This document shows, piece after piece, positions 1 through 7,186 of a stretch of 53,518 nucleotides of DNA. The position numbers and the translations under genes are program-made. The stretch covers positions 1 to 53,518 of the forward strand of contig JBDUCC010000001.1 in the NCBI GenBank assembly GCA_040003675.1, in the 5' to 3' direction. This DNA comes from a bacterium. GTDB lineage: Bacteria; Acidobacteriota; Blastocatellia; Pyrinomonadales; Pyrinomonadaceae. The stretch's first letter is position 1, and every line of letters starts with the position of its first letter. The notes beneath the pieces were generated by a model. It made no database searches and had not been told where the DNA came from. It was given only the letters and a program-made list of their open reading frames with translations.

Positions 1-298
1 CAATCAATTCCACCAGGCGCGCCTCGACAAAAGAATGGACGTCTTCGGCCGGCTGGTCAAAATAATTATCGCGGCCGGTCGCCTCCTCGAGTATTGCTTG
101 CAACCCGGTAACAATTTGTTCCGCCTCCTCCGTAGTCAGCACGGCCGCGCGCCGCAACGCGTTGCAATGTGCAATGCTGCCGCGGATGTCTGCCTCAAAG
201 AGCCGCTGGTCGAATGAAAAGGACGAATTGAACTTCTCAAACGACGGGTCCGCCGCGCCCGCAAACCTTCCGCCCCAAAGTTTTTTATCCATAGTCAT
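1..298 (-). CDS. argH: argininosuccinate lyase, N-terminal fragment (gene runs off the left edge of the window)
   Basis: The reverse complement of 1-298 reads MTMDKKLWGGRFAGAADPSFEKFNSSFSFDQRLFEADIRGSIAHCNALRRAAVLTTEEAEQIV, the conserved ArgH N-terminus (LWGGRF motif). It is not in the ORF track because the frame leaves the window. The start ATG is at 298 or 292. Confidence 0.85.
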   Translation of the reverse strand, partial: MTMDKKLWGGRFAGAADPSFEKFNSSFSFDQRLFEADIRGSIAHCNALRRAAVLTTEEAEQIVTGLQAILEEATGRDNYFDQPAEDVHSFVEARLVELI

Positions 299-312
299 CG
301 TGCGTCGTGTCC

Positions 313-378
313 TTGACGCCAGCCATCTCAACTGCTAGTTTATGCATCTATGCACTTGTTATGCAAGTAGATTGCATA
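313..378 (+). promoter_or_regulatory. candidate argR promoter with ARG-box-like operator dyads, in the divergent argH/argR region
   Basis: TTGACG (313-318), 17 nt, then TAGTTT (336-341). TATGCAtctaTGCA lies at 341-354. A perfect dyad TATGCAA-gtaga-TTGCATA at 360-378 is separated from the argR ATG by 13 nt. AT-rich TGNAT-type dyads are typical of ArgR/AhrC operators. The spacing differs by 1 nt from the E. coli consensus. Confidence 0.45.
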
Positions 379-391
379 GAACTGGCGAAAG

Positions 392-805
392 ATGCGAAAA
401 AGTCTACGGCAAAAGAAGTTGTTAAGTCTGGTGCGCGCTAAGCCTTTTGCGAACCAGGCGGAGCTGCGCGATTCGCTCGAGCGGGCTGGTTTTGCCACGA
501 CGCAGTCGAGCCTTTCACGCGACCTGGAAGAGTTGGGCATTGTAAAGCATCGCGGCCATTACGCGATCCCGAAAACCAATGGCAGCGCGGCGCGCGGTCT
601 GCTGAGTCTCGATTTGTGTGGCGAGAATTTGGTGATCGCGCGAACTGAACCCGGCCTGGCGTCCGGAGTGGCCGTGGAAATTGATGGCGCCGTCATCCCT
701 GAAATAGTCGGCACGTTAGCAGGCGAAGACACGATCTTCATCGCTGTGCCGGATGCGAAGGCGCAGCGCGTGGCAATGAAGAAGATTTGGGAACTGTTTG
801 GATAG
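392..805 (+). CDS. argR: arginine repressor
   Basis: 137-aa ORF. It has an N-terminal winged-helix segment QAELRDSLERAGFATTQSSLSRDLEELG and a C-terminal GTLAGEDTIFIA, typical of ArgR/AhrC. It heads an arg operon. Confidence 0.85.
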   Translation: MRKSLRQKKLLSLVRAKPFANQAELRDSLERAGFATTQSSLSRDLEELGIVKHRGHYAIPKTNGSAARGLLSLDLCGENLVIARTEPGLASGVAVEIDGAVIPEIVGTLAGEDTIFIAVPDAKAQRVAMKKIWELFG

Positions 806-810
806 GACAT

Positions 811-910
811 CGAACTTAGTACTTTGTGCTTTGTACTTTTTAAGAGTGCTTTGTGCCGGCGAGTTCGCTTTGGCTCAAATCAAAGTACCAAGTACAAAGT
901 ACTAAGTTCG
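811..910. repeat. hairpin of inverted heptamer arrays (unit tactttg / caaagta) between argR and argG
   Basis: cgaacttagtactttgtgctttgtacttt (811-839) pairs with aaagtaccaagtacaaagtactaagttcg (882-910). The stem is about 29 bp with a few mismatches, and the arms have 7-nt periodicity. Confidence 0.9.
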
Positions 911-923
911 AGAAAAAGGATAA

Positions 924-2135
924 ATGGAAAACAATAAGAAGATTAACAAGATTATTCTGGCCTATTCCGGCGGACTGGATACCTCGGTCATGCTGCGATG
1001 GATCAAGGAACGCTATGACTGCGAGGTTGTTTGCTACTGCGCCGACGTCGGTCAGGGGGACGAATTAAGCGGGCTCGAAGAGAAAGCACTCAAGTCCGGG
1101 GCGTCGAAACTTTACGTTGAGGACCTGCGCGAAGAGTTTGTTCGTGAATACGTTTGGACAGCAGTTAAGGCCAACGCTATCTATGAAGGCGTTTATTTGC
1201 TCGGCACTTCCCTGGCGCGTCCGGTAATTGCGAAACGGCAAATTGAGATCGCGCAAAAGGAAGGGGCCGACGCAGTCGCCCACGGCGCCACCGGCAAAGG
1301 AAACGACCAGGTGCGTTTCGAGCTCACTTACTACGCGCTCCAACCGGACATCAAGGTGGTAGCTCCCTGGCGCGAGTGGGAATTCAAGGGCCGCAGCGAT
1401 CTGATCGCCTACGCAAAGGAATACAAGATTTCGGTTACGGCGACGCAGCAAAAGCCCTACTCAACGGATCGCAACTTGATGCATGTCTCGTACGAGGGTG
1501 GAATTTTGGAGGACCCGTGGGCCGAGCCACCCGAGGACATTTTTCAAATGACGCGTTCACCTGAAGCTGCAGCTTCAGAAGCGGAGTACATCGAGTTGTC
1601 GTTCGAGCAAGGTGAGCCCGTGGCAATCAATGGGCAGAAACTTGGGCCGGTCACGCTGCTGGAAAGTCTAAACAAATCAGGTGGCGACCATGGCATTGGC
1701 CGCGTTGACCTGGTTGAAAATCGTTTTGTCGGGATGAAGTCGCGCGGCGTATACGAAACGCCCGGCGTGACTATTCTACTGGCAGCGCATCGCGCGCTCG
1801 AATCCATCACGCTCGACCGCGAGGTCATGCACCTGCGCGACTCGTTAAGCGTTAAGTTTGCGGAAAGCGTTTATTACGGTTTCTGGTTTGCTCCTGAGTT
1901 TGCACTGATGCGCAAGCTGATCGATGAGACGCAAACGAATGTGACCGGCGATGTTCGTTTGAAACTCTTTCGCGGCAATGCAATCGTCGTTGGGCGTCGC
2001 TCGCCACATTCGCTATACGACGAAAGCGTGGCTACGTTTGAAGCAGACACAGTTTACGACCAGCGCGACGCTGAGGGTTTCATCAAACTAAACGCGCTGC
2101 GACTGCGAATGGGAAGCAAGAACCGGATTGGTTAA
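924..2135 (+). CDS. argG: argininosuccinate synthase
   Basis: 403 aa. It has the N-terminal [12 protein letters not shown]-binding motif, and the sequence is ArgG-like throughout ([29 protein letters not shown]). Confidence 0.95.
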   Translation: MENNKKINKIILAYSGGLDTSVMLRWIKERYDCEVVCYCADVGQGDELSGLEEKALKSGASKLYVEDLREEFVREYVWTAVKANAIYEGVYLLGTSLARPVIAKRQIEIAQKEGADAVAHGATGKGNDQVRFELTYYALQPDIKVVAPWREWEFKGRSDLIAYAKEYKISVTATQQKPYSTDRNLMHVSYEGGILEDPWAEPPEDIFQMTRSPEAAASEAEYIELSFEQGEPVAINGQKLGPVTLLESLNKSGGDHGIGRVDLVENRFVGMKSRGVYETPGVTILLAAHRALESITLDREVMHLRDSLSVKFAESVYYGFWFAPEFALMRKLIDETQTNVTGDVRLKLFRGNAIVVGRRSPHSLYDESVATFEADTVYDQRDAEGFIKLNALRLRMGSKNRIG

Positions 2136-2145
2136 GGCGGGAACT

Positions 2146-3282
2146 ATGAAAACATTCAGCGAACAAATCAAAGTTATCGAGGTCGACAAAATCGGCTCGG
2201 CCACGTCGCCGCTCGATTTGCACCGGACAATTGAGATGTGCGGGTCGCTAAAGTTGCCGGCTGCGGGCGATGTGGTGGTTGTGCGCGCCCTGACTGACAG
2301 CGCCACTTACAACATGCTTGAACTGCCCAGCGGCCGGCTTGCCAAAATCAATCCCGGTGATGTGCTCGTCGGTGTTCTTGGCAGACGCCGGGCATTGAAG
2401 GGCTTCATGGGTGACGTGCCGGAGACCGTGGCTGTGGGCGATCAACTTCATTTGCTGAACATGGGCGGCGTGATCGGCATCAGCACCGGCCATCACTCTG
2501 GTTTGAGCGATGCAATCAAGGTTGAGGTACTCGGCTTCGCCTGCGGTGAGAACGGCCGCCAGTTGAACATCGCCGATGCAGCGCTGCCGGTGCAGACCGA
2601 TCTAACTGAAACGGTGCCCCTAATAATCATCGCCGGCACCTGCATGAACAGCGGCAAGACCTACGCCGCCACGGAGCTTATTAAACAAGCGACGCGGGCC
2701 GGCTTGCGCGTGGCCGCAGGCAAACTGTCGGGCATCGCTTGCTTGCGCGACACGCTGAACATGTCGGACCACGGGGCGGTTGCCACTGCAAGTTTCCTTG
2801 ATTGCGGTTTGCCATCAACCGTTGGCGCCACGGACCTGCCCTCTGTCGCTAAGACGATCATTGCCCGGCTTAACGAAAGCAATGCCGACCTGATAGTGAT
2901 CGAACTAGGGGATGGGCTGCTGGGCGGCTATTCCGTGGAAACGGTGTTCGATGATCTACAAATAAGAGAAGCCACCGCTGCCATCATCTTCTGCGCTTCC
3001 GATTATGTCGGCGCCTGGGGAGGAATCGAACTAATGCGCCGGCGTGGGATTGAAATCGACGTCATCGCCGGGTCCGTTACCGATGCGCAGATGGGGCAGG
3101 ACTACATCGAAAAGGAATTTGGTGTGCCGGCGGCCAACGCACGGCGCGATGGCGCGCGTTTGTTTGAGCTGGTCAAGCCACAAGTTTCGGGTTTCGAGTT
3201 TCGAGTTTCGAGTTTGAAGCAGGAAAGGTCGAATCAAGCTGTGATGCCGGATCAGAACTCTGTCGAGAAAGTTTTGGCTTAA
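2146..3282 (+). CDS. uncharacterised protein inside the arg operon: beta-rich N-terminal half plus a P-loop-like C-terminal half (possibly DUF1611-like)
   Basis: The long ORF runs 2128-3282. ATG 2146 is preferred because AAGGCGGGA lies 3 nt upstream and it is 10 nt after the argG stop. It has a deviant Walker-A-like IIIAGTCMNSGKTYAATEL followed by VIELGDGLLGG. The stop overlaps the argC start (TAATG). Its last ~33 codons are encoded by a repeat arm. Confidence 0.7.
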   Translation: MKTFSEQIKVIEVDKIGSATSPLDLHRTIEMCGSLKLPAAGDVVVVRALTDSATYNMLELPSGRLAKINPGDVLVGVLGRRRALKGFMGDVPETVAVGDQLHLLNMGGVIGISTGHHSGLSDAIKVEVLGFACGENGRQLNIADAALPVQTDLTETVPLIIIAGTCMNSGKTYAATELIKQATRAGLRVAAGKLSGIACLRDTLNMSDHGAVATASFLDCGLPSTVGATDLPSVAKTIIARLNESNADLIVIELGDGLLGGYSVETVFDDLQIREATAAIIFCASDYVGAWGGIELMRRRGIEIDVIAGSVTDAQMGQDYIEKEFGVPAANARRDGARLFELVKPQVSGFEFRVSSLKQERSNQAVMPDQNSVEKVLA

Positions 3283-3316
3283 TGAACTCGAAACTCGAAA
3301 CTCGAAACTCAAAACT
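3183..3316. repeat. hairpin of inverted heptamer arrays (gtttcga / tcgaaac) spanning the junction of the unknown gene and argC
   Basis: The left arm agtttcgggtttcgagtttcgagtttcgagttt (3183-3215) faces the right arm aactcgaaactcgaaactcgaaactcaaaact (3285-3316). The 69-nt loop contains the TAATG stop/start overlap. Confidence 0.9.
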
Positions 3317-4334
3317 GCGCGTCGGTATTTACGGCGGATCAGGTTATGGCGGCTCGGAATTGCTGCGCATTCTGCTGTTGCATCCAACTGTTGAGATCAA
3401 TTTTGTTACTGCCAACGAACAGGCAGGCAAGCGCGTCGGTGAAGTTCATCGCAACCTCGCTGGTTTAACTGATCTTATCTTCTCTTCTGCGAGTGAAGCG
3501 TCAAAACTGACCGGGGTCGATTGCGTCTTCCTGGCGCTGCCGCATGGCCAGGCTATGGACGTGGTGCCAACGTTGCCGTCGCATGTAAAAGCGATTGATT
3601 TGTCCGGCGATTTTCGCCTTAGTGATCGGGAGGAATTTGAAAAGCGCTACGCTCGCCCACATACGGCGATGTCTTCGCAAGCCGAGTTTGTTTACGGTCT
3701 GACAGAAACGAATCGAGAGAAAATCAAAACGGCTCGGCTGATTGCGAACCCAGGTTGCTTTGCCACCGCCACCTTGCTCGGTCTCGCGCCCCTCGCCGCG
3801 AGCGGCGAAATTAATGGCCGCGTTATCGTGGATGCCAAGACGGGTTCATCGGGCTCTGGCGCCAAGGCGGCGGCAAACACGCATCACCCGCAACGGATGA
3901 ATTCGTTTTACGCCTACAAGCCTTTTGCCCATCAGCATGTTCCGGAGATCGAACAGGAGTTGCGCGCGCTTGGCGCTTGGACCAACGAGCTGGTGTTCAT
4001 GACGCACTCGTTGCCCGTGTCGCGCGGGATTTTCGCTTCAATCTATGTTGAGACAAAAAATGAACTAAATGAGCAACAACTGCGCGCGATGTTTGCTGAC
4101 TTCTATCGCGAATCTTTTTTTGTGCGGCTGGTTGACGGTTCGCCCGATATCAACTGGGTTAAGACCACAAATTTCTGCGACCTTGGCTTTGCAACTCGTG
4201 GCCGAAGCGTAGTTGTGTTTTCAGCGATCGACAACCTGGTGAAAGGCGCGGCGGGGCAGGCAGTGCAGAACATGAATCTAATGTTTGGATTGGATGAAAC
4301 AACAGGCTTGATGCTGGTGGGCACAAATCCATGA
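3282..4334 (+). CDS. argC: N-acetyl-gamma-glutamyl-phosphate reductase
   Basis: 350 aa. It has GGSGYGGSELLRILLLHP (NAD-binding N-terminus) and the catalytic-Cys region IANPGCFATA. The first 11 codons (MNSKLETRNSKL) are repeat-encoded. No alternative canonical start lies downstream. Confidence 0.9.
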   Translation: MNSKLETRNSKLRVGIYGGSGYGGSELLRILLLHPTVEINFVTANEQAGKRVGEVHRNLAGLTDLIFSSASEASKLTGVDCVFLALPHGQAMDVVPTLPSHVKAIDLSGDFRLSDREEFEKRYARPHTAMSSQAEFVYGLTETNREKIKTARLIANPGCFATATLLGLAPLAASGEINGRVIVDAKTGSSGSGAKAAANTHHPQRMNSFYAYKPFAHQHVPEIEQELRALGAWTNELVFMTHSLPVSRGIFASIYVETKNELNEQQLRAMFADFYRESFFVRLVDGSPDINWVKTTNFCDLGFATRGRSVVVFSAIDNLVKGAAGQAVQNMNLMFGLDETTGLMLVGTNP

Positions 4335-4687
4335 GTGAAGTTGCGCCAATAAAAGCTGAGATTACGCTTGCGGACCTCGAAAAGATTGACGTCCGCGTTG
4401 GCACGATCATGGCCGTTGAAGACGTTGCCGGTTCAGACAAGCTGGTAAAACTAACCGTAGATTTTGGAGATCGGCAAAGAACAATTCTTGCGGGCATGAA
4501 GCATGAACGTGAAAACCCAGCGGAGATCGTAAGCAGACAGGCACTATTTGTAGTCAACCTGCCCCCGCGGACAATGATGGGCCAGGTTTCAGAAGGAATG
4601 CTATTCGACATTGGCTTCGCCGACGGAATCAAACCATGTTTGTCCGTGCCGGAACGCAGGGTGCCAGATGGAGCGCGAGCGGGATGA
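4331..4687 (+). CDS. CsaA/Trbp111-like tRNA-binding OB-fold protein
   Basis: 118 aa. DVRVGTIMAVEDVAGSDKLVKLTVDFGDRQRTILAG...VVNLPPRTMMGQVSEGML matches the tRNA-binding (EMAP/CsaA) domain pattern. ATGA overlaps link it to argC upstream and argD downstream. Confidence 0.75.
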   Translation: MSEVAPIKAEITLADLEKIDVRVGTIMAVEDVAGSDKLVKLTVDFGDRQRTILAGMKHERENPAEIVSRQALFVVNLPPRTMMGQVSEGMLFDIGFADGIKPCLSVPERRVPDGARAG

Positions 4688-5880
4688 GTACACCACAACT
4701 TTTACAGAGCGATGTTGTCGCGAGCGAAGATCAGTTTCAGTTGGCAACTTACAAAAGGATGCCGATCGTAGCCGAGCGCGGCGAAGGCGTCTGGATCTAT
4801 GCCAGCAGTGGCGAGAAGTATTTGGATTTGTACGGCGGCCATGCCGTCGCCGGCACCGGGCATTGTCATCCTCAAGTGGTAGCAGCTATTCGCGAGCAAG
4901 CCGATCGGTTATTGTTTTATTCGAATCTGGTTTACTCGGAAGCGCGTGCGCGCGCGGCCGCAAAGTTGATTTCAATTGCGCCGCCCCCGCTAACTAAGGC
5001 GTTCTTTTGTAATTCCGGCACCGAAGCCAACGAAAACGCGATGCGCATGGCCCGCATGAAAACCGGCCGCGAAAATATCATCACGTTTTCGGGCGGCTTT
5101 CACGGCCGCACTGCCGATTCAATCAGCGCTACTTTTCTTGGCAAGTATCGCGAAATTGGCAGGCCTAATGTCCCGGGCCATTTGCAAGCTGAGTTTGGCG
5201 ATGTTGATTCTGTGCGCGCGCTGGCGGATGAGACGGTCGCGGCCATCATGCTCGAACCAATTCAGTCGATGGCTGGTGTGCGCACGGCGGCGCCGCAGTT
5301 TTATCGCGACTTGCGCGGGCTGTGCGACGAGCGCGGCATCGTTTTGATCTATGACGAAGTGCAGACCGGCATAGGCCGAACCGGCGAATGGTTTTTTGCC
5401 GGCAGCGAAGCGGGCGGCGGTGTTGTTCCGGACATTATCACGCTGGCAAAAGCACTCGGCAGCGGCATTCCGGTGGGTGCTTGCCTGGTAAGTGAACAAG
5501 TCGCCGCGCAGATCAAGGAAAACGATCTTGGCACAACTTTCGGCGGCGGCATGATCGCGATGGCTGCGGTCAACGCCACGCTCGAAGCCATTGAAAACGA
5601 GCAGATGCTCGCGAATGTAAGAACCGTCGAAGCACATCTGCGCCGGCGACTGGCTGAAGTCGAGCAGGTCGGGAATGTGCGCGGCAAAGGGTTTTTGTTG
5701 GGGATTGAATTTGCCGGCAAAGCAAAACCGGTTCACGAGGCCTTGCTGGAACGTAAGATCATTACTGGAACTTCAAGCGATGCAAACGTGCTTAGACTTC
5801 TACCGCCATTGTGTTTAAAGCAAGCGGAGGTTGATCTGTTTGTGGAACAGTTGAAGGAAGTGCTGCGCAGTCATGAGTGA
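4684..5880 (+). CDS. argD: acetylornithine aminotransferase (class-III PLP aminotransferase)
   Basis: The ORF frame runs 4636-5880. ATG 4684 is preferred because of its ATGA overlap with the upstream stop. It has SGTEANE, LIYDEVQTGIGRTG and TLAKALGSGIPVGA motifs. Confidence 0.9.
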   Translation: MSTPQLLQSDVVASEDQFQLATYKRMPIVAERGEGVWIYASSGEKYLDLYGGHAVAGTGHCHPQVVAAIREQADRLLFYSNLVYSEARARAAAKLISIAPPPLTKAFFCNSGTEANENAMRMARMKTGRENIITFSGGFHGRTADSISATFLGKYREIGRPNVPGHLQAEFGDVDSVRALADETVAAIMLEPIQSMAGVRTAAPQFYRDLRGLCDERGIVLIYDEVQTGIGRTGEWFFAGSEAGGGVVPDIITLAKALGSGIPVGACLVSEQVAAQIKENDLGTTFGGGMIAMAAVNATLEAIENEQMLANVRTVEAHLRRRLAEVEQVGNVRGKGFLLGIEFAGKAKPVHEALLERKIITGTSSDANVLRLLPPLCLKQAEVDLFVEQLKEVLRSHE

Positions 5881-5896
5881 AAGCTCGAAGCAAAAG

Positions 5897-6034
5897 AAGC
5901 GGGGGCAAGCTGCCCTTCCCGACCCTGAGCTGCTAGCACTTGAGTGCATTTATCACATTGAAAGGCTTTCAAAGATTCCGCTCATGTTTCAAGTTTGGAA
6001 TCTCGAGGTTGGGAAGGGCGGCTTGCTTCCGCTT
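5897..6034. repeat. long GC-rich inverted repeat (non-tandem type) between argD and argF'
   Basis: aagcgggggcaagctgcccttcccgacc (5897-5924) faces ggttgggaagggcggcttgcttccgctt (6007-6034). The arms are 28 nt with about 4 mismatches, and the loop is 82 nt. Confidence 0.85.
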
Positions 6035-6049
6035 TGATGGGGAAAAAAC

Positions 6050-7060
6050 TTGCTTAAGAATTTTCTGACAACTTCTGACTTCAGCAGCGAACAACTTAAT
6101 CAATTGATCGCGGCGGCGCTGCGCTTTAAGAGCGGTGCCGATACATCAAAGCCGCTTGCCGGCAAGTCTATCGCACTAGTCTTCTTCAACCCCTCTTTGC
6201 GCACGCGCGCGTCGATGCAAATTGGAATCCACGAACTGGGTGGACTCGGCGTTGTGCTCGAACCGGGAGGCACAAGCTGGACGCTGGAACATCGCGCCGG
6301 AGTGGTGATGGATGGCGACAAGACCGAACACGTCGCCGAGTTTGTACGCGTCCTTAGTCGCTACTGCTCAGCCATCGGGGTGCGCACCTTTGCCGCGTTA
6401 AAGAACTGGGAAGAAGAGCGAATAGACCCAATACTGAATGCCTTCGCTAAGTATTCCGACGTGCCTGTTATTAACCTTGAGTCAGCCATGCATCATCCCT
6501 GTCAGGCGCTGGCTGACATGATGACGATTCGCGAAAGACTCGGCCGCGAACGTAAACGCGTCGTGTTGACGTGGGCCTGGCACCCAAAACCCCTTCCGAT
6601 GGCTGTGCCAAATAGCTTTGCGCTCGCAGCGGCGCAGATGGGCCATGATCTGGTAATCGCCTATCCCACGGGTTATGAGCTCGACGAAGAGTTAATGGAA
6701 AATGTCACTCAGCGTGCAGCGGCGAGCGGCGGTGGTGTCCAGGTTACAAAGAACATCGATGCGGCGTTTGACGGCGCCGATGTTATCTATGCGAAGAGTT
6801 GGGGAGCCAGGCAGTTTTACGGAACACCTGAAAAGGACATTGCGGAACGAGCACAGTACCGCGCTCAGTGGATTGTCGATGAGCAGAAAATGGCACGTAC
6901 GAACCGGGGCGTCTTCATGCACTGTTTGCCGGTGCGACGCAACGTGATCGTCACCGATGCCGTGATCGATTCACCGGCTTCTGTGGTAATCGATGAAGCG
7001 GAAAACAGGTTGCATGTGCAAAAGGCAATCATGGATAGACTGCTGAGTACTGAGTACTGA
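6050..7060 (+). CDS. argF': N-acetylornithine carbamoyltransferase (AOTCase-type transcarbamylase)
   Basis: 336 aa with a TTG start. From memory it is very similar along its length to Xanthomonas AOTCase (FFNPSLRTR, HPCQALAD, CLPVRRNV, DEAENRLHVQKAIM). Glu80 (gaa 6287-6289, context SWTLEH) sits where AOTCase has the specificity Glu and succinylornithine enzymes have Pro. The last 6 codons and the TGA lie in a repeat array. Confidence 0.85.
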   Translation: MLKNFLTTSDFSSEQLNQLIAAALRFKSGADTSKPLAGKSIALVFFNPSLRTRASMQIGIHELGGLGVVLEPGGTSWTLEHRAGVVMDGDKTEHVAEFVRVLSRYCSAIGVRTFAALKNWEEERIDPILNAFAKYSDVPVINLESAMHHPCQALADMMTIRERLGRERKRVVLTWAWHPKPLPMAVPNSFALAAAQMGHDLVIAYPTGYELDEELMENVTQRAAASGGGVQVTKNIDAAFDGADVIYAKSWGARQFYGTPEKDIAERAQYRAQWIVDEQKMARTNRGVFMHCLPVRRNVIVTDAVIDSPASVVIDEAENRLHVQKAIMDRLLSTEY

Positions 7061-7178
7061 GTACTGAGTGCTGAGTACTGAGTGCTGAGTACTGAGTGCT
7101 GAGACCACGCCCAACTCGGAACTCGAAACTCGAAACTCGGAACTCGAAACTCAGTACTCAGTACTCAGTACTCAGCAC
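7043..7178. repeat. compound heptamer element: ctgagta/ctgagtg array, nested aactcga/aactcgg array, then tcagtac array
   Basis: 7043-7103 holds about 8.7 units of ctgagt(a/g). 7113-7150 holds about 5.4 units of aactcg(a/g). 7151-7178 holds 4 units of tcagtac/tcagcac, the reverse complement of the first array. Confidence 0.95.
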
Positions 7179-7186
7179 TTTCGACT

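Noticed and set aside
7043-7178. Possibility that the tandem arrays are CRISPR arrays
   Set aside because: The units are 7-9 nt and directly abutting, with no spacers. No cas genes are in the window. The architecture is paired inverted arrays, not repeat-spacer.
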